Shown piece after piece: positions 24,938 through 34,779 of a DNA stretch of 64,000 nt. A program made the position numbers and the translations under genes. The notes below the pieces were generated by a model, which saw only the letters and a list, made by a program, of their open reading frames with translations, ran no database searches and was not told the DNA's origin. The number at the start of each line of letters is the position of its first letter. Positions within the stretch are counted from its first letter, which is position 1. The DNA comes from Pseudomonadota bacterium (GTDB taxonomy: Archaea; Thermoplasmatota; SW-10-69-26; JACQPN01; JAJPHT01), in assembly GCA_021325135.1 (NCBI GenBank), contig JAJPHT010000015.1:1-64000 (forward strand), written 5' to 3'.

Positions 24938-25554
24938 GCTTGTTGGGCCGACGTGCGGGCGAGGAGCGCGCGCAAGGCGTCAGCCACCACGGCGTCGGGC
25001 GCGCGCGAGGCGTCGATCCTCGCGAAGCGCCGGGACTCCTCCTTGGCGAGGCGCAGGTAGTTGGCCCGCACGCGCTCCAGGAGGTCGCGGCGCTCGAACT
25101 TCTCGGCGGCACCGCGCTGGCTCACGCGCCGCAGCGCGGTCTCCACGTCCACGTCGAAAAGGAGCGTGAGGTCGGGCTTGAGGTCGAACGCCATCTCGGT
25201 GTCCTGGAGCCACGTGACCGCGTCAAAGCCCGGCTTCGAGAGGAGCGCCCCCTGGTACGCGAAGGTGGAGTCGCTCCAGCGGTCGCTGAGCACCAGGGCG
25301 CCCCCCGCGACCTCGGCCTCGACGTCGAGGGCGTGCTGCGCGTGGTCCGCCATGAAGAGGAGCGCCTCGCTCCAGGGGTTGAGCGACTCCCTGAACCCGC
25401 GGCGCACGGCCTCGCCCAGCCAGGTGCCCGTGGGCTCCGCGCGCTCCTTCACCACGAGGCCGCGCCCGCGAAGGGCCTGCGCCACGGCGCGCAGCGCGGT
25501 GGACTTGCCGCTGCCGTCGATGCCTTCGAACGTGACGAGGAGGCCGCGGGCCAC
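24934..25554 (-). CDS. tmk: dTMP kinase
   Basis: TFEGIDGSGKST, EP, LSDRWSDSTFAYQG, KPDLTLLFD. Confidence 0.95.
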   Translation of the reverse strand: MARGLLVTFEGIDGSGKSTALRAVAQALRGRGLVVKERAEPTGTWLGEAVRRGFRESLNPWSEALLFMADHAQHALDVEAEVAGGALVLSDRWSDSTFAYQGALLSKPGFDAVTWLQDTEMAFDLKPDLTLLFDVDVETALRRVSQRGAAEKFERRDLLERVRANYLRLAKEESRRFARIDASRAPDAVVADALRALLARTSAQQA

Positions 25555-25643
25555 GAGGTCGCAGCGCGGGGCGGGCGGATAAGCGGCGCGGGCCAAAATC
25601 CTAAAGACCGACCCCCCGCTGCCCGCCCCAGAGGGACCGCGCG

Positions 25644-26549
25644 ATGAAGCTCCTGCACAAGGGCAAGGTGAAGGAGGTCTACGCCTTCGGCGAGGACAAG
25701 CTGCTCTTCAACTTCACCGACCAGATCTCGGTCTTCGACAAGATCATCCCGACGCTGGTCCCCAAGAAGGGCGAGGCCCTCTGCCGCACCGCGGCCTACT
25801 GGTTCGAGGAGACGAAGGCGCTCGGCCTCGACACGCACTTCCTCGGGCTCCAGGACAACGACAAGATGCTGGTCAAGCGCCTGCGCATCATCCATGATTC
25901 TGCGCAGATCACGCCCAAGACCGTCTCGTTCTTCATCCCGCTGGAGGTCGTCTGCCGGCACTACCTCGCGGGCTCCATGCACGACCGCGTGAAGTCCGGC
26001 GAGGCCACCGCCGAGCAGCTTGGCTTCCCCAAGGGGCACGCCCCCAAGTACGGCGAGAAGCTCCCGCGCCCGCACATCGAGTTCACCACCAAGCTGGAGG
26101 CCACCGACCGCCTGCTCTCCGAGGGCGAGGCGCTCAAGCTCAGCGGCCTCACCGAGGCGGAGTTCAAGGACCTCAAGGCCGCCGTCCTCAAGATCGACGA
26201 GCGCATCGCGCGCAACGCCGAAGCGCGCGGCCTCATCCACGTCGACGGCAAGAAGGAGTTCGGCATGAACCACGAGCGCGCGCTCATGGTCGTCGACACC
26301 TTCGGCACGCCCGACGAGGACCGCTGGTGGGACAAGAAGCTCTACGAGAACGAAGGCAAGACCGTGGAGCTGTCCAAGGAGATGGTGCGCCAGCACTACC
26401 GCGACATCGGCTACCACGAGAAGCTCTACGCCGCGCGCAAGGCCGGGCATGTGGAGCCCCCCATTCCTGCGCTTCCGGACGACGTCACGCGGAAGGTCAC
26501 TGCGCTCTACGTCGACCTCTACGAGAGGCTGACGGGGAAGGCGTGGTAG
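25644..26549 (+). CDS. purC: SAICAR synthetase
   Basis: GKVKEVY, FTDQISVFD, IPLEVVCR, EFTTK, DGKKEFG, TPDEDRWW, SKE.VR. Confidence 0.96.
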   Translation: MKLLHKGKVKEVYAFGEDKLLFNFTDQISVFDKIIPTLVPKKGEALCRTAAYWFEETKALGLDTHFLGLQDNDKMLVKRLRIIHDSAQITPKTVSFFIPLEVVCRHYLAGSMHDRVKSGEATAEQLGFPKGHAPKYGEKLPRPHIEFTTKLEATDRLLSEGEALKLSGLTEAEFKDLKAAVLKIDERIARNAEARGLIHVDGKKEFGMNHERALMVVDTFGTPDEDRWWDKKLYENEGKTVELSKEMVRQHYRDIGYHEKLYAARKAGHVEPPIPALPDDVTRKVTALYVDLYERLTGKAW

Positions 26550-26569
26550 GGACCTGACGGGCAACCTCG

Positions 26570-26610
26570 TGGGGAACAAATGGGGCCCTTTTGTTCCCCA
26601 GGGTTTATGC
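26570..26610 (+). promoter_or_regulatory. Inverted-repeat operator and TATA-like box of vapBC-1
   Basis: tggggaacaaa-N9-tttgttcccca directly before gggtttatg, about 30 nt upstream of ATG 26635. Confidence 0.65.
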
Positions 26611-26634
26611 CGTGAGGGCGCCCATGGGCATTCC

Positions 26635-26868
26635 ATGGCGAAGTCCGCCGAGCTGAAGGTCCGGATCGAGTCCGATCTCCTGGCGGAGGTCGAAGGGCTT
26701 GCCGCCGAGATGGGCAAGAGCAAGAGCGAGGTCGTGCGCGCGGGCATCCTCGCCCTCGTGCAGCAGCGCGAGAAGCGCGCCGCGCTGGATGCCCTCAAGG
26801 AGATGGCCAAGGAGGACAAGCCCCTCCGCAAGGGGAAGGGGGCCAAGCTCCGCTTCCGGCTCCAGTAG
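26635..26868 (+). CDS. RHH/CopG antitoxin (VapB-like)
   Basis: LKVRIESDLLAEVEGLAAEMGKSKSEVVRAGI; directly upstream of a PIN gene. Confidence 0.85.
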   Translation: MAKSAELKVRIESDLLAEVEGLAAEMGKSKSEVVRAGILALVQQREKRAALDALKEMAKEDKPLRKGKGAKLRFRLQ

Positions 26869-26877
26869 GATGGCTCC

Positions 26878-27261
26878 ATGGCCGTCGTCATCGACACGAA
26901 CGTCCTCTGGCACCCCGAGGTCCTCGACCTGCTGGAGGATGAGGACGTCGTCGTCCCCGCGCTGGTCTTCCTGGAGCGCAGCCGCCAGCTTCGCCAGCGC
27001 GGCCGCGACCCGGACGACCTCCTCCGCAACCTGGAGCGGCTGGGCTGGCGCGTCGAGCCCTTCGACGTGGAGCACGCCTACCGCAGCGCCCTGCGCGCGC
27101 CCTTGGACGACAAGGCCTGGATCAAGCTCGCCCGCGACGCCATCATCGCCGGGCACGTCGGGCCGGGGGACGTCCTGTGGACCTTCAACGCCAAGGATTT
27201 CCGGGCCCTCGGCGTCGCAAAGGAACGGGTTGTGGACCTGACGCGGAGCCCGCGATCGTAG
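26878..27261 (+). CDS. PIN-domain toxin (VapC-like)
   Basis: VVIDTNVL, E, DAIIA, LWTFNAKDF. Confidence 0.88.
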   Translation: MAVVIDTNVLWHPEVLDLLEDEDVVVPALVFLERSRQLRQRGRDPDDLLRNLERLGWRVEPFDVEHAYRSALRAPLDDKAWIKLARDAIIAGHVGPGDVLWTFNAKDFRALGVAKERVVDLTRSPRS

Positions 27262-27285
27262 ACCTGTGGCTCTTGGCTTGGCAAA

Positions 27286-27435
27286 CTACCCGACAGCCTC
27301 GAACTCCACCGTCCGGTTCACGTAGACGTCCATGAGCCGGTTCAGCAGTTCGTCGTAGGTCTCTCCCTTTTTGCCCAGCGCCCGCAATCGGTCCCGGGTC
27401 GCCTTGGTGAGCGGAACCGTGGTGATCTCGCCCAT
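27286..27435 (-). CDS. Small RHH-like DNA-binding protein
   Basis: TTVPLTKATRDRLRALGKKGETYDELLNRL; divergent from the giant surface gene. Confidence 0.75.
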   Translation of the reverse strand: MGEITTVPLTKATRDRLRALGKKGETYDELLNRLMDVYVNRTVEFEAVG

Positions 27436-27595
27436 GTTCCCCAGGGCAGAGGCGATTTGACAGTTATGAGTTTCTATCGTTGCCTTATAGAATCGCGCCC
27501 GCGCAGTGGCGGATCGGTTCAAAAGCCACTCCGGAAGGTTGAATAGCGCCCGTCGTGTCCAGCGGAAGCGTCCCCTCAACGAGGGAGGTTGCCCC

Positions 27596-30500
27596 ATGCT
27601 TGGCCGTCAGCGCCTGCTCGCTGCTTGGATCACCGGTCTCGTCGCAGTCTCCGGCACGGTGGCCCTCCTTCCCCTGGCTTCCGCAAGCGACATCTCCGCC
27701 CCGACCCCGGATGGGATCGCGATCTTTGTCAACGGAATCGAGTCGACTCCCTCCGCCCAGCAGCAGGGAAAAATCGGGACTTCGATTTCATTCGCGATCT
27801 ATGGCAATCTGACCTTCAACACCGCCACGCAGTGCATCACAGGGAGTCCACAGTTCAACGCGAGCGCCGACCTTTCGGCATTTGATCCGACTCTCGGACC
27901 CAACGCGGTCTTCAGCGTGCCCAGTCCGCCCCCGTCTGATCCAGCCGGGACGGCAATGGTGACCTACCATATTGTCGCAACCAAGACGATCACGGTCACA
28001 GCAGGGAGCAAGGACGGTCTCGCGACCGGCTTCCGTGGATACATCACCGCCAGGTGCACCGCGGACGCCGGCGGGACTCCTGTGCCCCATTCTGCCGGCA
28101 TCGATTCCACCGACAAGGTTTTTCTCGACAACGCAAAGCCGTCGCTCTCGCTCGTTCCGTCCGTGCAGAGCGGCCGAGGAGGGGCCGGATCGGTCTTCAC
28201 GCTGAGCCTATCCAGCATCTCCTCCGACATTGATAGCTACAGCTTCGATCTCAAGGACCTCCTTTCAACGTCGCCGACGACGGTTTCGGGCGCAGGCCTC
28301 CCGTCGTCCTCCCTGGGCCCGTTCACGTTGGGAGAGACTGACAAGCAGAATCCTCAGGTCACCGTGAGCCTGACCGACACCCACGGCAACTCGAACTCGC
28401 TCACGTTCCCCGCCACCGGCCTGGACTCCCACCGCCCCGCCGCGATCTCGCCGACCGCGACCCCGAAGCCCGGTCCTGCCGTGCAGGTGAGCTGGGTCCC
28501 GTTGGCGACGGACACGGACGCGGACAACGTCTCGGTCGTCGTCAAGGATCTCGCCACGGGCGTCTCGTCGAGCCCCATCCTCTGCGCCCAGAACGGCCCC
28601 GCCAACGGTTGCACGAAGACCTCGGACCGGAACTCGGGCCTCATCGTCTACAACCTCTCTTCCACGGCCTTTGCCTGGCAGACGCTCCATGACTACGGAT
28701 TGACGCTGACCACCGTGGATGCCGTCGGGAACACCGGTGGAAGCGTCATCCAGAGCGTCAGCACCCTCAGCAACCCCTCTGCCAACGTGCAGTACACCCC
28801 CGGCGCGACCCGCGGCATCGGCAGCACGTTCCAGCTTCAGATGGTGAACGCCAACTCGCAGACCGCGCGCGTCGACGTGGACGTCTCAAGCGTCTCGAGC
28901 CAAGGCGTCATCCCCGTCGGCACGACGCCCGTCAACGTCACCGTCACGCCGCACGGCTCGCCCCCGTCCATGACGGCGCAGGTGGTCGGCGCGGACGTCA
29001 ACAATACGCCCGTCAAGCTCTCCACCCGCATCGTCGACGCCTCCGGCAACGACGTGACGGCCTCCCAGCTTCCCGACCCCGTCGCCCCCCTGGCGACGAA
29101 CCTGACCGCGGTGCCGCGCCCCGGTGGCTCCATCACGGTGTACCTCAAGCCGGCGGCGTCCGACGTTGATATCAATGGCTTCGTCGTCGCCAGCTCGCCC
29201 TCCATCGGCAACGGCACGCTCTACCTGCCCGCCACGTCGTCCAACGTGTCGGGCGGCGTCTACTACTGGAACTTCACGCCCGACCTGCTGACCATGGGCA
29301 CGACCTACACGTTCACCGCGCACGCCAACGACAACGCGGGCAACGCGGGCGCGCTCTCGCCCTCGGCCTCGACGCGCGCGGCCGTCATCCCCATCCTGCT
29401 CCAGCTCAACGCGGTCCCCGTGGCGGGTTCCTTGATGCCGACCCTCAGCGGCAGCGTGCTCGGCAGCGGCAACGACGGCGTCAACGTCGCGGTGACGAAG
29501 GTCGTGAACGGCGTCACCAACTACTGGACGTGGACCTCCGGCAACGCCTTCCAGACGACGCCCTTCACGCGGGAGCTCGCGGTGTCGGGCGGCTCGTTCC
29601 TCGCCACCAACCTCACCGCGCTCACGGCCGAGGGCAGCTACGCGATCACGGTCACGGCCTACGACAGGTCCGACCCCGCGACGCTCGTGGACTCGCGCGC
29701 CTCGTCGTTCACCCTCGACCACACGAGCCCCGCGCTCACGCCCGAGGTCAGCGGCTCGGGCGTCAAGAACGGCTACGCCGACGGCGGGCCCGACCTCGCC
29801 TCCATCCAGGCGCAGGCCACGCAGATCAAGCTCAACGCCACCGCGACCGACGCCGGGGGCTCGGGCCTCTCGGCGTTCCGCTACGCCATCGTGGACGCCA
29901 ACACCGTCCCCGTCACGGGCATCGACGGCCTTCCCGTGGTCTTCACGTGCCCCGGCCCCTTGTGCGACGACCTGAGCGCGGCGCCCCTCGTCGCGGGCCA
30001 GGCCGGCTTCGCGGGCACGTTCGGCCTCCGCGTCAACGACCTCCTGCCGGGCACCTACGAGATCAACGTGTCCGTCGTGGACCGCGCGGGCAACTCGCCC
30101 GCGAGCGCCACCACGCTGAAGGACTCCTTCACGCTGGCGCCCCGCGTCGCCATCGACGCCAACAACCCGCCCATCGCGGACGACGCGGGCAACCTGCTCG
30201 TCCACCCGCTGGCGGCGTTCGACGCCACGCACACCTTCGACGGCCGGACCACGTGCAGCGGCACGACGTGCGGCGTCTCGCAGGTCACGCTCTTCGCGCG
30301 CACCCGGGGCGGCGACCCCGGCGACCACGGCCAGCAGATCGGCGACTCCGTCTACCTGCCCAGCAGCGCGAACCCCGTGCCCTACGACGCCGGCGGCCGC
30401 ACGCCCGCGCCGCTCTACTTCGACTACTTCCAGGGCTCGGTCAGCCTCGGCGGCCTCGACCGGAACACCACCGAGGTCCGCGCCCAGGCCACCGTGACCC

Positions 30501-33500
30501 TCGCGGACCAGAGCACGTCCACGGCGTTCTCCAGCTGGACGTCCATCGTGCCCGTGACGAACCCCGCGAGCATGTTCTTCGTCTACCCGTCCAACGGCAC
30601 GGTGAACATGACCAACGCGGCGCCGGACGTGGGCTTCTCGGTGCGCCTCGACCGCCCCAGCCTCCAGGCGACGCCGAAGATCAACTACACGCTCTTCAAC
30701 GCGGTCACGCAGAAGTACTACACGCTCTCGGGCGCCGCGGTGAGCCCCGTGGGCGGCCTGCCCCCCGCGATCGCGAACGTGAGCGTCCCGCTCACCGAGG
30801 CCGACGGGGACTCCACGTTCTTCTTCAACTGGACCCTGGGCGGCGTGCTGCCCCCGGGCAACTACTACGTCAACGCCAGCGCGTGGGACGGCCAGACCGG
30901 CGCCGCCATCGGCGCCGCCGCCTCGGCCCACTTCGGCGTGCAGGACCAGGCGCCGCAGGTCCTCGTCGACGTGACGCCCCCGTACTCCGACTGGCCCACC
31001 AAGGCGACGCTGGATTCTGCGGGCACGACGTATGCGCCTCGCGTGTTCAACGTGACCGTGCGCATCGTGCACGGCTATGCGCACCTCCCCTCCAGCGGCG
31101 TCACGGGCGTCCTGGGCCTCAACAACGTGACCACGCCCTACGCGGACCCCGCGACGTACCGCATCGCCCTGCGGGACTTCCGCGACGAGACGCCGCTCCA
31201 GTCGGTGGCGCTCTTCCAGGTGGCGCTCCCCGCCTCGGCGCGCGACGCGGCGGCGTTCCTCCTGCAGTTCAACGCCTCGACCGACTCCGCGGCCCTCTTC
31301 GGCGACGCGGCCAACGGCACGTCCACCAGGATCGTCCACCTGGACGCCTCGCCCCCCGTGCCCTCCGTGCTCCTCGCGGACACGCAGGCGACGGCGGCGC
31401 ACTTCGGCGGGGCCTCCGACGAGCTTCGCATCATCGGCGTCTCGCAGGACGCCTCGTCGGGCACCTCCAAGGTGGAGGTCAACCTCTACGACGTCACGCA
31501 CGACAAGACGTTCGTGTGGGACGCGGACCCCAACGGCGCCTGGGTCGCGGGCGACGTCGCGTCGTACATGACCAGCGACCTCGTCCACCCGGGCAACGGC
31601 ATCGGCGGCGTCATCTCCAACCTCACCGTGCGCAACGTGTGGGTCCAGCACCTCGCGCGCCAGGGCGGCGTCGACCAGGCGCTCTTCACGGTCAACGACT
31701 CGACCCGCGCGCGCTCCGACGCCAACGGCGTCGACAACGGCAACCGCTACAACCCCATCGGCCTCGACCCCGGCGCGCTCTACCGCGTGCGCGTCCGCGC
31801 GACGGACCTCATGGGGCTCTCGAACACCACCGAGACGACGCTGCGCATCGACGCCATCGCCCCCGTCCTGGCGACCCCCTTCACGGTGCCCAGCTTCGGC
31901 GGCTGGATCCCGGGCTCCGGGCCCTTCATCCAGACGACCAACGTGTCGGACAACGCGTGCATCGCCCGCGTCGTGCTCCACGGCGTCTCGCCCCTCACGA
32001 ACTCGAGCTACGCGGCCAACTTCACGCCCCCCGGCGGGTACTCGTGCAACGCGTACCACAACAACGTCGTCTCCCAGTGGAGCGTCAACCTCCAGGACTG
32101 GCCGCTGCTGCGCTACGAGCCCGGCGTGTGGACCTACTGGGTCGAGGCGCTGGACGGCGCGGGCAACAACGTCACGAGCGGGACCGTGCAGGTCTACGTC
32201 CGCGACGACCAGCCCCCCGTCTCCACCGTGCAGCTCCAGCCCGCCATCATCGGGCAGGGCAGCACGACGCGCATCGTGGCCCACGTCACGGACAACTGGC
32301 GCGTGGGCAGCGTCACGCTCTCGGTCTACCCGCAGGGCAAGACGACGCTCCTGAAGCGCATCGCCATGGCGGGCGACCCCAACAATCCCCCCGACGCCAA
32401 CGGCATCGGCAACTACTCCGCGGACCTCGCCTCCGGCCTCGGCCTCGCGCTGGACGTGGGCAACTACACGTTCGACGTGTTCGCCGGCGACGGCAACACC
32501 ACCGCGGCGTGCGCCGAGTGCCTGCACGCCAACGCCACGCTGCGCGTCGTCACCGAGGCGCCCCCCGACATCCGCTTCGAGCGGCCCGCCGAGGGCGTGA
32601 CCTACGTCAACGCCACGCCCACCATCGCCATCCGCGTCACGGGCACCAACCTGACCGTCCCCGGCGTCGTCGTGACCGCGGGCAAGAACGGCACGCTCTC
32701 CGCCGTCTCGCCCACCTTCGCGTTCCAGGCGGGCAGCAACAACTCCGTGCTCACCGGCTCCTTCGACGCGGTCCCGCTGGCGGCCGGCGACAACTACACC
32801 GTCCGCGTGAACGTCACCACCGCGACGGGCTTCTTCGCCACCGTGAACCGCTCGTTCAGCGTCGACGCCGCGGCGCCCAACGTCACGGCCACGCCCACGG
32901 GCAACGTCACGCTCGCGGGGGCCCAGTGGGCCGGCCGCGGCGCGACCGTCGCGCTGGCGGCCCACGACGACCTCTCCGGCGTCGCCGCCATCACGTACTC
33001 GGTCAACGGCGGCCCCACGCAGACGTATCGCGCCCCCGTGGACGTCGCGGGCCCCGACGGCACGTGGACGCTGGACTACGCGGCGGTGGACCGCGCGGGC
33101 AACGCGCAGCGCAACCGCTTCACCATCCAGCTCGACGCCACCGGCCCCTCCGTCAGCGTGCTCCAGACAGGCTCCACCGTGAACGTCACGGTGAACGACC
33201 GCTCGGGCCTCCTCAACGACTCGGTGAAGCTCTTCTACGCGCTGGGCGGAAGCGGCGTCTACCAGACGGCGCCCATGACCCGCGTGGGCACGACCAACGT
33301 GTTCACCGGCGCCATCTCCGGCGACGTGGCGCGGGGCTTCTCGTTCTACGTCACCGCGCGCGATGCCCTGGGCAACGACGGCAGCAACGGCACGGCCACC
33401 GCGCCCAACGTGGTGCCCCCCGCGACCGCGGCCGAGAACACGCCCCCCACGGTGAAGATCGTGACCCCCGCGCAGGGCGACTCGCTGCGCGACACGGTGA

Positions 33501-34141
33501 ACGTCCAGTACGTCGCGCACGACCTGGAGTCGGCCGACCCGCTGCTGAAAATCACCATCTCGCTGCGCAGCCCCGACGGCACGGGCCAGAACCTCGTCAC
33601 CGACTCCGACAACTCGGGCACCTACGTCCTCAACGCCAGCGGCATGCCCGCAGGCTCCTACACCCTCGTCGTGCGCGCGAGCGACGGCGACAAGGCCAGC
33701 ACGGACCAGGTGACGTTCAACCTGGAGGCGGGCCGCGCGGTGGAGGTCGTGAACCCGCCCCCCGCCAGCGGCGACGTGGACCAGCCCATGGCCTTCGCGG
33801 TGCGGTTCAACCCCATCGGCAAGACCGTGGCGCAGGCCACGTGGACCGCGTCCAAGGACGGCCAGGTCTACACCAGCGGCGTGCTCACCGCAGGCCAGGG
33901 CGCCTACGCGGCGAGCTTCACGCCCAAGGACCCCGGCGTCTACGACATCAAGGTCCAGGCTACCTACACCGACGGCACCAGCGACGCGCAGCCCACCACG
34001 GTGGCCACCGTCACCGTGGCCGGAGCGGCCGCGGCGCCCGCCTCCGGCGGCCTGCCGGCGTCCTTCCTCGTGCTCATCGTGCTGGCGGTGGCGACCATCG
34101 CGCTTGCCGCCTACGGCGCCTTCGTGAGGTGGAAGCCGTGA
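27596..34141 (+). CDS. Giant (2181 aa) surface glycoprotein with Ig-like/FN3-like repeats and a C-terminal TM anchor
   Basis: GGAGGT RBS; signal peptide; repeated D..GN / LD..P domain boundaries; many NxS/T sequons; C-terminal FLVLIVLAVATIALAAYGAF-VRWKP. Confidence 0.88.
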   Translation: MLGRQRLLAAWITGLVAVSGTVALLPLASASDISAPTPDGIAIFVNGIESTPSAQQQGKIGTSISFAIYGNLTFNTATQCITGSPQFNASADLSAFDPTLGPNAVFSVPSPPPSDPAGTAMVTYHIVATKTITVTAGSKDGLATGFRGYITARCTADAGGTPVPHSAGIDSTDKVFLDNAKPSLSLVPSVQSGRGGAGSVFTLSLSSISSDIDSYSFDLKDLLSTSPTTVSGAGLPSSSLGPFTLGETDKQNPQVTVSLTDTHGNSNSLTFPATGLDSHRPAAISPTATPKPGPAVQVSWVPLATDTDADNVSVVVKDLATGVSSSPILCAQNGPANGCTKTSDRNSGLIVYNLSSTAFAWQTLHDYGLTLTTVDAVGNTGGSVIQSVSTLSNPSANVQYTPGATRGIGSTFQLQMVNANSQTARVDVDVSSVSSQGVIPVGTTPVNVTVTPHGSPPSMTAQVVGADVNNTPVKLSTRIVDASGNDVTASQLPDPVAPLATNLTAVPRPGGSITVYLKPAASDVDINGFVVASSPSIGNGTLYLPATSSNVSGGVYYWNFTPDLLTMGTTYTFTAHANDNAGNAGALSPSASTRAAVIPILLQLNAVPVAGSLMPTLSGSVLGSGNDGVNVAVTKVVNGVTNYWTWTSGNAFQTTPFTRELAVSGGSFLATNLTALTAEGSYAITVTAYDRSDPATLVDSRASSFTLDHTSPALTPEVSGSGVKNGYADGGPDLASIQAQATQIKLNATATDAGGSGLSAFRYAIVDANTVPVTGIDGLPVVFTCPGPLCDDLSAAPLVAGQAGFAGTFGLRVNDLLPGTYEINVSVVDRAGNSPASATTLKDSFTLAPRVAIDANNPPIADDAGNLLVHPLAAFDATHTFDGRTTCSGTTCGVSQVTLFARTRGGDPGDHGQQIGDSVYLPSSANPVPYDAGGRTPAPLYFDYFQGSVSLGGLDRNTTEVRAQATVTLADQSTSTAFSSWTSIVPVTNPASMFFVYPSNGTVNMTNAAPDVGFSVRLDRPSLQATPKINYTLFNAVTQKYYTLSGAAVSPVGGLPPAIANVSVPLTEADGDSTFFFNWTLGGVLPPGNYYVNASAWDGQTGAAIGAAASAHFGVQDQAPQVLVDVTPPYSDWPTKATLDSAGTTYAPRVFNVTVRIVHGYAHLPSSGVTGVLGLNNVTTPYADPATYRIALRDFRDETPLQSVALFQVALPASARDAAAFLLQFNASTDSAALFGDAANGTSTRIVHLDASPPVPSVLLADTQATAAHFGGASDELRIIGVSQDASSGTSKVEVNLYDVTHDKTFVWDADPNGAWVAGDVASYMTSDLVHPGNGIGGVISNLTVRNVWVQHLARQGGVDQALFTVNDSTRARSDANGVDNGNRYNPIGLDPGALYRVRVRATDLMGLSNTTETTLRIDAIAPVLATPFTVPSFGGWIPGSGPFIQTTNVSDNACIARVVLHGVSPLTNSSYAANFTPPGGYSCNAYHNNVVSQWSVNLQDWPLLRYEPGVWTYWVEALDGAGNNVTSGTVQVYVRDDQPPVSTVQLQPAIIGQGSTTRIVAHVTDNWRVGSVTLSVYPQGKTTLLKRIAMAGDPNNPPDANGIGNYSADLASGLGLALDVGNYTFDVFAGDGNTTAACAECLHANATLRVVTEAPPDIRFERPAEGVTYVNATPTIAIRVTGTNLTVPGVVVTAGKNGTLSAVSPTFAFQAGSNNSVLTGSFDAVPLAAGDNYTVRVNVTTATGFFATVNRSFSVDAAAPNVTATPTGNVTLAGAQWAGRGATVALAAHDDLSGVAAITYSVNGGPTQTYRAPVDVAGPDGTWTLDYAAVDRAGNAQRNRFTIQLDATGPSVSVLQTGSTVNVTVNDRSGLLNDSVKLFYALGGSGVYQTAPMTRVGTTNVFTGAISGDVARGFSFYVTARDALGNDGSNGTATAPNVVPPATAAENTPPTVKIVTPAQGDSLRDTVNVQYVAHDLESADPLLKITISLRSPDGTGQNLVTDSDNSGTYVLNASGMPAGSYTLVVRASDGDKASTDQVTFNLEAGRAVEVVNPPPASGDVDQPMAFAVRFNPIGKTVAQATWTASKDGQVYTSGVLTAGQGAYAASFTPKDPGVYDIKVQATYTDGTSDAQPTTVATVTVAGAAAAPASGGLPASFLVLIVLAVATIALAAYGAFVRWKP

Positions 34142-34779
34142 GCCCCGAGGTCATGGGCGTCGAGCTGGACGCCGACCTCCGCGCGTGGGGCAACGACCAG
34201 CGCCGCGTCGGGAGCCTCCTGGCCCTCATCCTCGCGGCGGCGTTCCTCGTGGCCGCGCTCGTCGTCTACTTCGTGCTGGGCCAGGATGGCGCCATCGCGT
34301 ACTGGACGCTCCTCGTCCTCGTCGCGCTGGCCCTCCTCTTCGAGGTCCTGCTCCTCGTCCTGCGCCCCAAGGCGGCGAGCCCCGCCGCCGAGCCGGCCGC
34401 GGCCGCCGCGCCCGCCGAGGCGCGCCCCGAGCCCGAGCCCCAGTGGGACGCCCCCGCGCCGAAGCCGGCGCCCGCGCCCGTGCGCACGCTCACGCTGCGC
34501 TGCTCGGACTGCGGCACCGTCTTCGACGTGGCCGACACGGGCGAGCGCCCGCTGCGCCACGTCTGCCCGGGCTGCGGCGCCGAAGGCACGCTGCGCGACG
34601 AGGTCCCCGCGCCGGCGGCCCCCGCGGTCCCGCTCCCTCCGCCTCCCGTGGCCATCCCGGTGAAGCGCCTCAAGCTCCGCTGCGGCGGCTGCAAGGAGGT
34701 CTTCACCATCGAGGACAGCGGCGAGCGCCCCCTGCGGCGCCCGTGCCCCTACTGCGGGCGCACCGGAGAGGTCAGGTAG
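34138..34779 (+). CDS. Two-TM protein with Pro-rich linker and two zinc ribbons
   Basis: GTGA overlap with the giant gene stop; LRCSDC..GERPLR..CPGC and LRCGGC..GERPLR..CPYC. Confidence 0.8.
   Translation: MSPEVMGVELDADLRAWGNDQRRVGSLLALILAAAFLVAALVVYFVLGQDGAIAYWTLLVLVALALLFEVLLLVLRPKAASPAAEPAAAAAPAEARPEPEPQWDAPAPKPAPAPVRTLTLRCSDCGTVFDVADTGERPLRHVCPGCGAEGTLRDEVPAPAAPAVPLPPPPVAIPVKRLKLRCGGCKEVFTIEDSGERPLRRPCPYCGRTGEVR

Noticed and set aside
23979-25112. 943-aa ORF as an N-terminally extended SulP fusion
   Set aside because: The extension runs through another gene's alternative frame and a repeat element; SulP homology begins near 23978.
28886-34137. Very long alternative-frame and antisense ORFs (e.g. 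28886-33520 minus, 29530-34137 plus, 6941-10219 plus)
   Set aside because: Shadow ORFs caused by high GC3; Arg/Gly/Ala-rich with no motifs.
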